Positions 37,141 through 47,721 of a stretch of 64,000 bases of DNA are shown piece by piece; positions within the stretch are counted from its first letter, which is position 1, and each line of letters opens with the position of its first letter. Under the pieces are notes generated by a model that saw only the letters and a list, made by a program, of their open reading frames with translations, did not search any database and was not told where the DNA came from. Both the position numbers and the translations under genes were made by a program. The DNA lies in contig CAWDMW010000002.1 of the NCBI GenBank assembly GCA_963803575.1, positions 886,389 through 950,388 of the forward strand. The letters run 5' to 3'. This DNA is from an uncultured Alphaproteobacteria bacterium (lineage in GTDB: Bacteria > Pseudomonadota > Alphaproteobacteria > Rickettsiales > UBA998).

Positions 37141-38157
37141 ATGGCTGGAAGAAACGCAGAGAGAAAAACAGATATGGCACTAGATAACGTTCCCTCCAAT
37201 GAGCAGCTAATGCATATATATAAAGATATGCTAACTATTCGTCGTTTTGAGGAGAAAGCAGGGCAGCTTTATGGAATGGGACTGATCGGAGGGTTTTGCC
37301 ATCTTTATATTGGTCAGGAAGCCGTGGTTGTTGGTATGCAATCTGCCCTGATTGAAGGCGATGCTGTTGTGACGACATACCGAGATCATGGCCATATGAT
37401 TGCCTGCGGTATGGATCCTAAAGGTGTAATGTCTGAACTGACCGGACGTAGTGATGGGTATTCCAAAGGTAAAGGCGGCTCGATGCATATGTTTTCCACC
37501 GAAAAGCATTTTTATGGTGGTCATGGTATTGTGGGTGCATCCGTTCCCATTGGTACAGGTATTGCGTTTGCTAACCAGTATCGCTCTAATGGTAATATTA
37601 GCTTGACGTATTTCGGGGATGGCGCAGCAAATCAGGGGCAGGTTTACGAGGCGTTTAATATGGCGGCCTTATGGAATTTGCCATGTATTTTTATCATTGA
37701 AAATAATGAATACGGTATGGGAACATCCACTAAGCGAGCCAGTTCAAACACAGAGTTTTTCCGTCGCGGTGAAGCGTTTGGCATACCTGGCAAGCAGGTG
37801 AATGGTATGGATGTTTTGGAAGTGGCGCGTGTTGCTAAAGACATCGTAGAACATGTGCGTTCAGGTAAAGGGCCATATTTATTGGAAATGAAAACCTATC
37901 GTTATCGTGGACATTCTATGTCGGATCCGGCGAAATATCGTTCTAAAGAAGAAGTTCAGTCGTATAAAGAGCAAAAAGATCCTATCAATAGTATGAAAGA
38001 ATGGATGATTGCCGAAAACATTTCAGATGAAGAAAGTTTGAAAGCGATAGATAAAGAAATTAAAGCACTGATTGCGGATGCGGCAGAGTTTGCTAAAAAT
38101 TCGCCAGAACCCGATGAGTCAGAGCTTTGGACAGATGTGTTAGTGGAGGATAAATAG
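37141..38157 (+). CDS. pdhA: pyruvate dehydrogenase E1 alpha subunit
   Basis: [37 protein letters not shown]. Confidence 0.92.
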   Translation: MAGRNAERKTDMALDNVPSNEQLMHIYKDMLTIRRFEEKAGQLYGMGLIGGFCHLYIGQEAVVVGMQSALIEGDAVVTTYRDHGHMIACGMDPKGVMSELTGRSDGYSKGKGGSMHMFSTEKHFYGGHGIVGASVPIGTGIAFANQYRSNGNISLTYFGDGAANQGQVYEAFNMAALWNLPCIFIIENNEYGMGTSTKRASSNTEFFRRGEAFGIPGKQVNGMDVLEVARVAKDIVEHVRSGKGPYLLEMKTYRYRGHSMSDPAKYRSKEEVQSYKEQKDPINSMKEWMIAENISDEESLKAIDKEIKALIADAAEFAKNSPEPDESELWTDVLVEDK

Positions 38158-38158
38158 A

Positions 38159-39154
38159 ATGACGATAGAACAAACAGTGCGTGTAGCGCTACGAGATGCC
38201 ATGGCAGAAGAAATGCGTCGTGATGAAGACGTGCTTGTCATGGGCGAAGAAGTGGCTGAATATCAAGGCGCCTATAAGGTGACCGAAGGCTTGTTAGCAG
38301 AATTTGGTGAACGTCGTGTAATTGATACGCCGATCACGGAGCATGGTTTTGCCGGTCTGGCTGTTGGTGCTGCAATGACAGGATTAAAACCAGTTGTTGA
38401 GTTTATGACTTGGAATTTTGCCATGCAGGCTATTGACCACATTATTAACTCTGCTGCCAAAACACACTATATGTCTGGTGGGCAAATTCGTTGCCCGATG
38501 GTGTTTAGGGGGCCTAATGGTGCAGCCTCTCGGGTTGGCGCGCAGCATTCGCAATGCTATGCTAGCTGGTACGCTCACGTCCCTGGAATGAAAGTGATTG
38601 CCCCTTATGACAGTGCTGATTGCAAAGGTTTGTTAAAAGCAGCCATACGCGATCCGAACCCTGTAGTTTTCCTTGAAAATGAACTGCTTTACGGCGAAAA
38701 GTTTGATATGCCCGAAGATGACGATTATGTCGTTCCTATCGGTAAAGCAGCTGTTAAGCGCGAAGGAAGTGATGTGACGCTGATTGCGTTTTCCATTATG
38801 GTTGGCAAAGCGTTGGAAGCTGCCGACATATTGGAAAAGGAAGGTATCAGTGCTGAAGTAATTGACTTAAGAACACTTCGTCCGCTTGATATTGATACAA
38901 TTGTGGCATCCGTTAAAAAGACAAGTCGCTGTGTGTCGGTAGAAGAGGGATGGCCTGTAGCGGGTATAGGGTCTGAAATCGCGGCTATTATTAATGAGCA
39001 TTGCTTCGACTGGCTGGATGCTCCGGCTAAGCGCGTATGTGGGATAGATGTGCCGTTGCCTTATGCTGCAAATCTTGAGCAACTAGCTTTACCACAGGTG
39101 AATATGGTTGTTGAAGCAGCTAGAGACTGTTGTTATCGTAAAGCTGCTGCCTAA
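38159..39154 (+). CDS. pdhB: pyruvate dehydrogenase E1 beta subunit (no N-terminal lipoyl domain)
   Basis: [38 protein letters not shown]. Confidence 0.92.
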   Translation: MTIEQTVRVALRDAMAEEMRRDEDVLVMGEEVAEYQGAYKVTEGLLAEFGERRVIDTPITEHGFAGLAVGAAMTGLKPVVEFMTWNFAMQAIDHIINSAAKTHYMSGGQIRCPMVFRGPNGAASRVGAQHSQCYASWYAHVPGMKVIAPYDSADCKGLLKAAIRDPNPVVFLENELLYGEKFDMPEDDDYVVPIGKAAVKREGSDVTLIAFSIMVGKALEAADILEKEGISAEVIDLRTLRPLDIDTIVASVKKTSRCVSVEEGWPVAGIGSEIAAIINEHCFDWLDAPAKRVCGIDVPLPYAANLEQLALPQVNMVVEAARDCCYRKAAA

Positions 39155-39846
39155 TGTTCAAGCGGTTTGCATACGTGTTATGTAGTATTGCTGCGTTATG
39201 GAGTCATGCGGCTTTAAGTAACGAGACGCGTAAAGTAACGGTATCTGCTTCGCATACGTTGGAAGCTGCCCCCGATATTGCAACTATTCAGGTGACTGCG
39301 TTTGGTGAAGCCCCCACACTTGACGCTGCAAAAAAGAAAGCTGATGCTAAATTACAAGATATACGTACTGTATCATTAGAGCATGAGATTGAAGAACACC
39401 GCTTAACCACAACAAGTATATCAATTCAGCCGCAATATCACTATAGTGAAGAAGATGCTCGCCAACTGACAGGGTTTCATGCGTCCTATCATGTTAACAT
39501 AGTTGTTACAGATATTGCGCAAATTGGTTCGTTGCTGGAATCGTATGTTGCCAAGGGAATTGATCGTGTAGGGCAGGTGGAATATGCTTTGAAAAACCCT
39601 GATAGACTTACACTTGAAGCGCTAGAGCAAGCAGTAGACAAAGCACATAAAAAAGCGCAGTCCATCGCACAAGCCGCAAATGTTGCTTTAAGTGACCCGA
39701 TAAACATTCAAGAGAATGCACAACATTCACTGGTTCGCCGTACGTATCATGCGTCTCGGATGGCTGACGCAGAGATGTCGGTTGCTCCACCTACGGGAAA
39801 ACTCGACGTAAAAGCAGGGGTCACTGTAACATATGGCTTGCAGTAA
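39154..39846 (+). CDS. SIMPL/DUF541 (BP26-like) periplasmic protein (230 aa)
   Basis: Signal peptide, then VSASHTLEAAPDIATIQVTA...AKKKADAKLQDI...LTGFHASYHVNIVV. The pattern fits the DUF541 family. Its ATG overlaps the pdhB stop (TAATG). Confidence 0.6.
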   Translation: MFKRFAYVLCSIAALWSHAALSNETRKVTVSASHTLEAAPDIATIQVTAFGEAPTLDAAKKKADAKLQDIRTVSLEHEIEEHRLTTTSISIQPQYHYSEEDARQLTGFHASYHVNIVVTDIAQIGSLLESYVAKGIDRVGQVEYALKNPDRLTLEALEQAVDKAHKKAQSIAQAANVALSDPINIQENAQHSLVRRTYHASRMADAEMSVAPPTGKLDVKAGVTVTYGLQ

Positions 39847-39903
39847 TGACTCAGATATGTCTTATAGATAACCTTATAAACAATACAAACATAAAGGAAT
39901 GCC

Positions 39904-41187
39904 ATGCCAATTGAAGTGTTGATGCCAGCTCTTTCACCGACAATGACAGAAGGAACACTCGCCAAATGGGTGAAAAAAGAAGGTGACTCAATTCAGTCTG
40001 GTGATGTGATTGCAGAAATTGAAACAGATAAAGCAACCATGGAAGTGGAGGCTGTTGACGAGGGAACTCTAGGGAAGATTTTGGTCTCAGAAGGGACAGA
40101 GTCTGTTCCTGTGAATCAGTTAATTGCTTTGTTGCTTGAAGAAGATGAGAATGCTGACGCGCTGGATGGTTATGAAGCTAGTGGAAGTGCATCAGTTGCC
40201 CAACCTCCTGCTCAGGACGATCACAATAGCGAGGCTTCAGATGTAGCGGAAACAAAACTTTCTTGCGGGGAGGATGTGGATAACCGCGTTTTTGCAAGCC
40301 CACTCGCACGTCGCATTGCAGGGCAGGAAAACGTTGATATATCAGCTATTTCAGGAACGGGTCCTTATGGCCGGGTGATTCGTGCTGACGTTGAAGATGC
40401 TATGGCCAATGGTATCTCTAAAAGTTCAAGCAGTTCAGTGTCTAATGAATCGTCGCTATCTGCCGGCCGTAATGCTACAGAATATACCGCTATTCCAAAC
40501 TCTGGTATGCGTAAAACTATCGCGAAGCGCCTGACAGAATCTAAGCAAAATGTACCTCACTTTTACTTATCTGTTGACTGCACGTTAGATGAGTTGTTAA
40601 GCGCAAGAAAAGCGTTAAACAATGCTGCGGCAAACGCAGTGAAAAAGGATGAAAAGCCAGCTTATAAGTTATCTGTTAACGACATGGTGATTAAAGCAGT
40701 GGCGATGGCGTTGCGTGATGTGCCTGCTGCTAACGCTTCTTGGACCGACGATGCGATTCATCAATATAATAATGTCGATATCTCTGTTGCTGTCGCACTG
40801 GATGGTGGGCTGATTACTCCAATTGTGAAAAACGCAGATCAGAAAGGACTGTCGCAGATTTCTAACGAAGCTAAAGATCTGATTTCGCGTGCTAGAACGG
40901 GGAAACTGCAACCTTCAGAATATCAAGGGGGTGGCTTTTCAATCTCAAACCTCGGGATGTACGGTATAAAGAGCTTTAATGCTATTATTAACCCGCCTCA
41001 AGGATGTATTCTGGCTATCGGTGCCGGGGAAGAGCGTGTTATAGCTAAAGACGGGCAGTTCATAGCCGTGACTGCCATGACTGTTACACTATCATGCGAC
41101 CATCGTGTGGTGGATGGTGCAGTTGGCGCAGAATTTTTAGCCGCCTTCAAGAAATATATTGAGCATCCAGTGATGATGCTAGCGTAA
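39904..41187 (+). CDS. pdhC: pyruvate dehydrogenase E2 dihydrolipoamide acetyltransferase
   Basis: Lipoyl site (IAEIETDKATMEVEA), E3-binding segment (ASPLARRIA) and catalytic LSCDHRVVDGAVGAEF. Confidence 0.92.
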   Translation: MPIEVLMPALSPTMTEGTLAKWVKKEGDSIQSGDVIAEIETDKATMEVEAVDEGTLGKILVSEGTESVPVNQLIALLLEEDENADALDGYEASGSASVAQPPAQDDHNSEASDVAETKLSCGEDVDNRVFASPLARRIAGQENVDISAISGTGPYGRVIRADVEDAMANGISKSSSSSVSNESSLSAGRNATEYTAIPNSGMRKTIAKRLTESKQNVPHFYLSVDCTLDELLSARKALNNAAANAVKKDEKPAYKLSVNDMVIKAVAMALRDVPAANASWTDDAIHQYNNVDISVAVALDGGLITPIVKNADQKGLSQISNEAKDLISRARTGKLQPSEYQGGGFSISNLGMYGIKSFNAIINPPQGCILAIGAGEERVIAKDGQFIAVTAMTVTLSCDHRVVDGAVGAEFLAAFKKYIEHPVMMLA

Positions 41188-41214
41188 CATAGTTAAATAG
41201 AACATAAGGATAAT

Positions 41215-42612
41215 ATGATGGCAGATGCATTTGACGTAGCAATTATTGGTGGTGGCCCTGGCGGGTATGTGGCTGCAATACGAGCCAGCCAGCTGGGGCT
41301 GAAAACTGTTGTGATTGAACGTGAACATATGGGAGGGATTTGTCTTAATTGGGGATGTATTCCGACCAAAGCATTGCTGAAATCATCAGAAGTGCATCAC
41401 CTGCTGCACTCGCTTGATGAATATGGATTTTCCGTGGACAATATATCCTTTGATTTTGAAAAAATCGTTGCTCGTTCGCGCGCTGTTTCTTCTCAGCTGA
41501 CTAAAGGCATCAGTCACTTAATGAAGAAAAATAAGGTAAAGGTCATAGATGGACATGCTTCATTAGCTGGTAATGGGACTATTACGGTAAAAGGTGCTAA
41601 GCAAAATGAAACGGTTAAAGCGAAACATATCATTATTGCCACCGGTGCAAGAGCCAGATCGCTGCCTGGTCTTGAGCCAGACTGTAAGTTAATCTGGACA
41701 TATAAGGAAGCAATGACTCCAAAAGCATTACCGTCATCACTTGCTGTTGTTGGATCAGGCGCTATTGGTGCAGAGTTTGCTAGTTTCTACCAGAATATGG
41801 GGACAAACGTTACATTGATAGAAGTACAAGATAGTATTTTACCTGTAGAAGATAAAGAAATCTCAGATATTGTGAAAAAACAGTTTGAGAAACAAGGCAT
41901 GGATATCAAGACATCTGCAGTCGTTAAGTCGTTTAAGAAGGCGGATAACCATGTTAATGTGACGTATGAGATGAATGGTAAATCACATCAGCTTGATGTT
42001 GACCGCGTGATTATGGCGGTAGGTATCACGGGGAATACCGAAAATATCGGGCTTGAACATACCAACGTGAAAGTTGATCGCGGTCATATCACCATCAATG
42101 AATGGTGTGAAACAGCACAGCAAGGTGTGTACGCCATAGGCGATGTGACTGGTGCGCCATGGCTAGCTCATAAAGCAACCCATGAAGGCGTGATCTGTGT
42201 TGAGAAAATAGCCGGAGTCAAAGGCGTTCATCCTTTGAAAGTTGAAAATATTCCTGGATGTACGTACTGTCGTCCGCAAGTTGCAAGTGTTGGATTGACT
42301 GAACGTGCGGCTAAAGAAAAAGGGCATAAAGTCAAAGTTGGCCGGTTCCCATTTATGGGAAATGGAAAAGCCATTGCAATGGGTGAGCCAGAAGGGCTAA
42401 TCAAGACCGTATTTGATGAAAAAACTGGTGAATTGCTTGGTGCCCATATGGTTGGTACTGAAGTGACTGAGATGATTCAGGGGTATGGCGTAGCAAAAAC
42501 ACTTGAAACGACTGAGCAAGAATTGATGCATACTGTTTTCCCACATCCTACATTATCTGAAATGATGCACGAATCAGTGCTTGATGCATACGGAAAAGTA
42601 ATTCACATGTAG
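41215..42612 (+). CDS. lpdA: dihydrolipoamide dehydrogenase (E3)
   Basis: GGGPGGYVAAIRA, redox-active CLNWGCIPTKALL and HPTLSEMM. Confidence 0.92.
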   Translation: MMADAFDVAIIGGGPGGYVAAIRASQLGLKTVVIEREHMGGICLNWGCIPTKALLKSSEVHHLLHSLDEYGFSVDNISFDFEKIVARSRAVSSQLTKGISHLMKKNKVKVIDGHASLAGNGTITVKGAKQNETVKAKHIIIATGARARSLPGLEPDCKLIWTYKEAMTPKALPSSLAVVGSGAIGAEFASFYQNMGTNVTLIEVQDSILPVEDKEISDIVKKQFEKQGMDIKTSAVVKSFKKADNHVNVTYEMNGKSHQLDVDRVIMAVGITGNTENIGLEHTNVKVDRGHITINEWCETAQQGVYAIGDVTGAPWLAHKATHEGVICVEKIAGVKGVHPLKVENIPGCTYCRPQVASVGLTERAAKEKGHKVKVGRFPFMGNGKAIAMGEPEGLIKTVFDEKTGELLGAHMVGTEVTEMIQGYGVAKTLETTEQELMHTVFPHPTLSEMMHESVLDAYGKVIHM

Positions 42613-42675
42613 TAGCGTTAGAACGCGTATGCTAGCATATGCATAAAGCTATCAATATCGTAGAGATAAGAAACT

Positions 42676-43080
42676 GTGTTAGGCATTATACTCATAACCC
42701 ATGGTGATCTAGGTCGTGCATACCTAGAGGTTGCAGAGCAAATGCTTGGCAGGCAGCAGCATGCGGAATATGTTAGCTACACTATTGGTGAGGACATGGA
42801 GACGTTTCGCGAACGTGTGGCTCATGCTACTCGTTCAGTGGACCAGGGCAGAGGAGTTATCATGATGACAGACATGTTTGGTGGCGTACCGTCTAATCTT
42901 GCAATGTCTGTTGTATATAGTCAGTATATTGAAGTGATTTCCGGTTTAAATTTAAACATGCTGCTCAAAGTGTTAACAACCCGTGAAGTCCTATCTATCA
43001 AAGAAACGGTGCAGGAAGCCTCGTCTGCTGCCAAAAAATACGTTTATATATTAAGCGACATCATGGAATCAGCTGAGTAA
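42676..43080 (+). CDS. PTS EIIA component, mannose/fructose family (134 aa)
   Basis: GIILITHGDLG (phospho-His context) and MTDMFGGVPSN. GTG start. Confidence 0.6.
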   Translation: MLGIILITHGDLGRAYLEVAEQMLGRQQHAEYVSYTIGEDMETFRERVAHATRSVDQGRGVIMMTDMFGGVPSNLAMSVVYSQYIEVISGLNLNMLLKVLTTREVLSIKETVQEASSAAKKYVYILSDIMESAE

Positions 43081-43083
43081 AAT

Positions 43084-43410
43084 ATGCCTCACATTATTAT
43101 TGAACATTCAGATAACCTGGAAACAAACGCAACACATATTATGCGTGTGGTTTACGACGTTGTTATAGACAGCCAGTTATTTTCACCTGAGGCAGTGAAG
43201 GGAAGGACTGTTTCTTTTAGGCATTGGCTTTTGCCGGGCAACGCCCAACATTTCGTGCATATCACTATTGCTATTTTAAGTGGTCGTACCGTAAAAAATC
43301 GTACCGAATTATCCCAAGCTGTATTTAAAGCTGTAACTGATCTTAATGTATCTATTGATAAAATCTCTGTTGATATACGGGAAATGTGTGCAGAAACATA
43401 TTGCAAATAA
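43084..43410 (+). CDS. 5-carboxymethyl-2-hydroxymuconate isomerase-like tautomerase (108 aa)
   Basis: MPHIIIEHSDNL with catalytic Pro1. The length and the ...FVHITIAILSGRT... pattern fit the CHMI family. Confidence 0.5.
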   Translation: MPHIIIEHSDNLETNATHIMRVVYDVVIDSQLFSPEAVKGRTVSFRHWLLPGNAQHFVHITIAILSGRTVKNRTELSQAVFKAVTDLNVSIDKISVDIREMCAETYCK

Positions 43411-43413
43411 TGT

Positions 43414-44211
43414 TTATGATTGTAGCGCTGCCACCATTGATTGCGTAAATGCCGCAGCAGCTTCAATGATATTGTCACCTCGTGACGACACCTCATGCAT
43501 ATGGCTGACTAAGGCTGATCCTACCACCACACCATCTGCTACCGAAGATAAAGCCTTTGCCTGATGTGCATCTTTAATACCGAAGCCTGCAACAATAGGT
43601 AAATCAGTGTGCTTTTTAATATGAGCAATGCGTTGCTCTATATCGCCGTAGCTGGAAGAATGCGTGCCAGTGATTCCTTTAATATTTACCGTATAGAGAA
43701 AACCCGTCGCATTGTTAGCTAATGTTTGAATACGCTGCTCTGACGCGGTTGGTGCAATCAACCGAATAATATCTATATGGTGCGGTGTCACATAATGTGC
43801 ATATTCCTTTTCTTCTTCTAAAGGAATGTCAACGATGATTGTTCCGTCAACACCATAACGACTCAGCATATCAGCAAATGTTGCATAGCCCAGTTGAAGT
43901 ACTGGGTTTGCATAACCCATCAAGATGAGTGGGGTAGTATTATTCATTTCACGGAATTGTTTGCACAATAGTAATGCGTCTGTCAACGTTGTGCCGTTAA
44001 GCAAAGATCGTTGCCCTGCTTGCTGAATGATTGCACCATCCGCAGTAGGGTCTGAAAAAGGAAAGCCAATTTCTATCATAGCAGCACCATTATCGGCAAG
44101 CGCGTGCATAATCCCCAGTGACGTTTCTATATCGGGATCGCCAGCCATGATGTATGGTATAAAAGCGCACTTATTATGCGCATGGTTGAAGCAGTCTGCA
44201 ATCCTGCTCAT
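43414..44211 (-). CDS. trpA: tryptophan synthase alpha chain
   Basis: [37 protein letters not shown]. Confidence 0.9.
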   Translation of the reverse strand: MSRIADCFNHAHNKCAFIPYIMAGDPDIETSLGIMHALADNGAAMIEIGFPFSDPTADGAIIQQAGQRSLLNGTTLTDALLLCKQFREMNNTTPLILMGYANPVLQLGYATFADMLSRYGVDGTIIVDIPLEEEKEYAHYVTPHHIDIIRLIAPTASEQRIQTLANNATGFLYTVNIKGITGTHSSSYGDIEQRIAHIKKHTDLPIVAGFGIKDAHQAKALSSVADGVVVGSALVSHMHEVSSRGDNIIEAAAAFTQSMVAALQS

Positions 44212-45401
44212 ATCTCTACTCCCAGCTTTTGTGCAACGGTGTGAATATCTTTGTCACCGCGCCCGCAAATATTCACTACGATTCGATGCTCTTTTGGTAG
44301 TGTAGGGGCGATTTTTATGACGTGCGCTAACGCATGGGCAGGCTCAAGCGCTGGAATAATACCTTCCATACGGGCACATAATTGAAAGGCTTCCAATGCT
44401 TCTGTATCTGTAGCGCTAACGTAAGTAACTCTGCCTGTTTGGTGCAAATAGGCGTGTTCAGGACCAATGCCCGGATAATCCAGCCCTGCGGAAATAGAAG
44501 AAGTATTAGTAATCTGGCCGTTATCGTCCTGAAGCAGGTAGGTTTTGTTGCCGTGCAAAATACCCGCACTCCCTTTGGCAATTGATGCAGCATGAAAGGG
44601 CGTATCAATGCCTGACCCAGCGGCTTCAACACCAATACATCCAACATCATCCTCTAAAAACGGATAAAACAGACCAATGGCGTTCGATCCACCTCCCATG
44701 CAAGCAACAAGCGTATCTGGTAGCGAACCACATTGTTCGTGCAATTGCTCGCGAACCTCATGTCCAATTACCGTATGAAAATCACGTACCATCATGGGGT
44801 AAGGGTGAGGGCCAGCAGCTGTTCCTATCAGATAATACGTGTTATCAACATTGGCCACCCAATCACGGAGTGCTTCGTTCATGGCATCTTTTAACGTGCC
44901 ATTACCATGCGCCACAGGAACGATGTCTGCACCTAATAATTTCATACGAAACACATTGAGCGACTGACGCTCTACATCTTTCGCTCCCATATAAACAATG
45001 CATTTTAGACCGAATAATGCACAAACCGTCGCAGTTGCTACACCATGTTGTCCAGCGCCTGTTTCTGCAATAATGCGAGTCTTTCCCATTGCCTGAGCAA
45101 CAAGTATCTGGCCAAGACAATTATTGATCTTATGTGCGCCAGTATGGTTTAATTCGTCACGTTTGAAATAAATACTTGCACCGCCAAGATGCTGACTAAG
45201 TCGCAAGGCGTGATATAGCGGGGTAGGGCGTCCTGTATAATGTTTGCAATAGTCACGATATTGCTGTTGAAACTGCTCATCATCGCGTAAGCGCGTATAG
45301 GTTTCTTCAACCTCTAATATAAGAGGCATTAACGTTTCTGAGACGTAGCGTCCGCCGAATTCTCCAAAATGCCCGTTTTCATCTGGATAGTGGTACGTCA
45401 T
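44208..45401 (-). CDS. trpB: tryptophan synthase beta chain
   Basis: [23 protein letters not shown] (PLP Lys), GGGSNAIG. Confidence 0.95.
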   Translation of the reverse strand: MTYHYPDENGHFGEFGGRYVSETLMPLILEVEETYTRLRDDEQFQQQYRDYCKHYTGRPTPLYHALRLSQHLGGASIYFKRDELNHTGAHKINNCLGQILVAQAMGKTRIIAETGAGQHGVATATVCALFGLKCIVYMGAKDVERQSLNVFRMKLLGADIVPVAHGNGTLKDAMNEALRDWVANVDNTYYLIGTAAGPHPYPMMVRDFHTVIGHEVREQLHEQCGSLPDTLVACMGGGSNAIGLFYPFLEDDVGCIGVEAAGSGIDTPFHAASIAKGSAGILHGNKTYLLQDDNGQITNTSSISAGLDYPGIGPEHAYLHQTGRVTYVSATDTEALEAFQLCARMEGIIPALEPAHALAHVIKIAPTLPKEHRIVVNICGRGDKDIHTVAQKLGVEI

Positions 45402-46039
45402 AACGTCTTTACCTGTTGCATAAAGGCAGAGATACGATCAATGTCTTTAATACCCTTTTGTATTTCCAATGCTGACGAAACGTCAACGAGTTTTGCACCA
45501 GTCGTGTTTATCGCTTGCTGCACATTATCAGCCGATACTCCTCCAGAGAGGAACCATGGTTGCAAGTTATTTTGTATGCCATGCAATAACTGCCAGTCAA
45601 ATGTTTTGCCTGTTCCACCGGATGTTCCGTTTTGACGCTTCGTATCAAACAATAATATGTCAGCACCGTGTTCGTAATCTGTTGACGCCGCTATATCGTC
45701 TTGGGAACTGACACCTATTGCTTTGATGATAGGTAATTCGTAACGTTGTTTGAGGCTTACACAATGACCGGCAGATTCCTTACCATGTAGTTGCAATATA
45801 TCAGGTCTTGCAAACTCTATATACTCGTCCAGATACGCATCGCTAGCATCACATGTTACCAAAACAGCCTGACTCTTTTGGCGGTTTACTGATGCTAACT
45901 GCCTCCATTGTACTGGTGTAACATGTCGTACTGATGGTTTATGGGCAATGAATCCGATATAGCCACATTCATAATATACGCAAGCCTTAACAGCATCGTC
46001 GCGTGTAAGACCACATATTTTCACATGTGAAGAATGCAT
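45398..46039 (-). CDS. trpF: phosphoribosylanthranilate isomerase
   Basis: [36 protein letters not shown]. Confidence 0.85.
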   Translation of the reverse strand: MHSSHVKICGLTRDDAVKACVYYECGYIGFIAHKPSVRHVTPVQWRQLASVNRQKSQAVLVTCDASDAYLDEYIEFARPDILQLHGKESAGHCVSLKQRYELPIIKAIGVSSQDDIAASTDYEHGADILLFDTKRQNGTSGGTGKTFDWQLLHGIQNNLQPWFLSGGVSADNVQQAINTTGAKLVDVSSALEIQKGIKDIDRISAFMQQVKTL

Positions 46040-46041
46040 AA

Positions 46042-46392
46042 TTATGGTGTATCCTTCTGTATGCGGTGCTGCATTTGCTGGTATGCATAAGCATCTGTTT
46101 TTAAGCTGGCTATTTCTTGCTGCATGCTTTCGTGTAATTTTTTTTGTTGTTTAATAGAACGACTGTAACGGAATTGTTTCTTTGTATAGTGCAGACTACA
46201 ACTAAGTATACCTGCAATAAGACCGCATAAGAAGAAGCCAAACATTACTGTGTAGAGCGGTAAGGTCAGTGCTGTGAAACCAGGAAAAAACGATAATGCA
46301 ACTGTTTGGTGGTTATTTACTACAATGAGTAATGCAATTAACGCGACTACGACAATGCCAAGCCTGAAGAGGTTGCGGCTTAACGTTTTCAT
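46042..46392 (-). CDS. LapA/DUF1049-family inner-membrane protein (116 aa)
   Basis: Two TMs followed by a helical tail. It occupies the conserved position between ihfB and trpF and overlaps the ihfB stop. Confidence 0.5.
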   Translation of the reverse strand: MKTLSRNLFRLGIVVVALIALLIVVNNHQTVALSFFPGFTALTLPLYTVMFGFFLCGLIAGILSCSLHYTKKQFRYSRSIKQQKKLHESMQQEIASLKTDAYAYQQMQHRIQKDTP

Positions 46393-46685
46393 GACGTATT
46401 TAATTTGTCGGTATTTAAACGGTTACGTAACTCTTTACCTGCTCTAAAGTAAATAGAGTAGCGTTCACCTACCTCCACAGACGTTCCGTCTTTTGGGTTT
46501 CGAGCCATTCTGGGGTCACGTTTTCGCACGGAAAATGCACCAAATCCACGCAATTCAACCCGATTATTTTGCGTTAGACTTTTTGAGATCTCTGATAATA
46601 TACGATTCACCATACGTTCTATCATTTCGGCATCAGTATCAGGAAAACGATGAAGCAGCTTGATAATAAGTTGTGATTTTGTCAT
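46389..46685 (-). CDS. ihfB: integration host factor beta subunit
   Basis: MTKSQLI...RVELRGFGAFSVRKRDPRMARNPKDGTSVEV. Confidence 0.9.
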   Translation of the reverse strand: MTKSQLIIKLLHRFPDTDAEMIERMVNRILSEISKSLTQNNRVELRGFGAFSVRKRDPRMARNPKDGTSVEVGERYSIYFRAGKELRNRLNTDKLNTS

Positions 46686-46774
46686 GCGGATAGTGCTCGC
46701 TTACAGAAAAGTTGGGTCAACATACAGTGGTATATAGCTAATTCTACAGAAAATATCAACTGGTAAGCAAGTAA

Positions 46775-47701
46775 TTAATAAAGCTCGGGCTTCCATAGCA
46801 ATAACATACCATTGTCGCTATCCAACTGTTCGGTTAGTTGAGCAAGACCCGTTTGCTTAGCAAAACGATCAAGAATATTATCAAACTTCGATTTCACGCC
46901 CATATCTTTAATCTCTAATGACTCATCTATGTCGTGTTGAGCAACCAGCCATTCAAATGCCTCATCTTCACCACCAATAGCATCAATAAGGCCAAGTTCT
47001 AATGCTTTTGGCGCGCTATAAATACGACCATCAGCAATGTTGCGTACTGTTTGCATGTCTAGGTTGCGGCCTTCAGAAACCATGGTAACAAATACTGTAT
47101 GAAATTCATCAATCATGTCTTGCAAAACAGCGCGTTCGTGAGGTTGAAGAGGCTCAGCCATAGATGGAGTGCCTTTCAAAGGGCCAGACCTAACAGTAAT
47201 TGGTGTAACTCCGACCTTGCTCGCAAGTTCAGAAAACTCCGCTGTCTGAAATATGACTCCAATAGATCCTGTAATGGTGCCGCTCATCGCATATACCTGA
47301 TCCGCTGCCAATGAAATCATATACCCAGCTGATGCACATACGGAACGCATGGAAACAACCACTGGTTTTACCGAGTTAATATCTTTAATTTTTTTGTATA
47401 GTGCTTCCCCACCTACAGCAGTGCCGCCGGGCGTGTCCAAATGAAGCAGGACAGCTTTGATATCATCATCTTCTTTAATATCGTCAAGTAAGTCATAAAA
47501 TTTTTGATTCTCTCCGACAACTCCCTGAATCTTCACACGAGCCACGTATCCGTCCGAGTCGGTTACCTGAGAAATTTTGGCGTTACGTTCTACCAATACA
47601 ATCAGGAAAAACACCATGACTCCAACCGCTGCAAGCCTCCAGAACGCAACCTGACGTTTTAACAGGTTGCGTTCGATGAAAGTGTCGCTGGTTAAAGGCA
47701 T
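46775..47701 (-). CDS. sppA: signal peptide peptidase SppA, 36K type
   Basis: N-terminal TM, LHLDTPGGTAVGGE and CASAGYMISLAAD (Ser nucleophile region). Confidence 0.85.
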   Translation of the reverse strand: MPLTSDTFIERNLLKRQVAFWRLAAVGVMVFFLIVLVERNAKISQVTDSDGYVARVKIQGVVGENQKFYDLLDDIKEDDDIKAVLLHLDTPGGTAVGGEALYKKIKDINSVKPVVVSMRSVCASAGYMISLAADQVYAMSGTITGSIGVIFQTAEFSELASKVGVTPITVRSGPLKGTPSMAEPLQPHERAVLQDMIDEFHTVFVTMVSEGRNLDMQTVRNIADGRIYSAPKALELGLIDAIGGEDEAFEWLVAQHDIDESLEIKDMGVKSKFDNILDRFAKQTGLAQLTEQLDSDNGMLLLWKPELY

Positions 47702-47721
47702 GGTGTATTCCGTAGCTTGAA

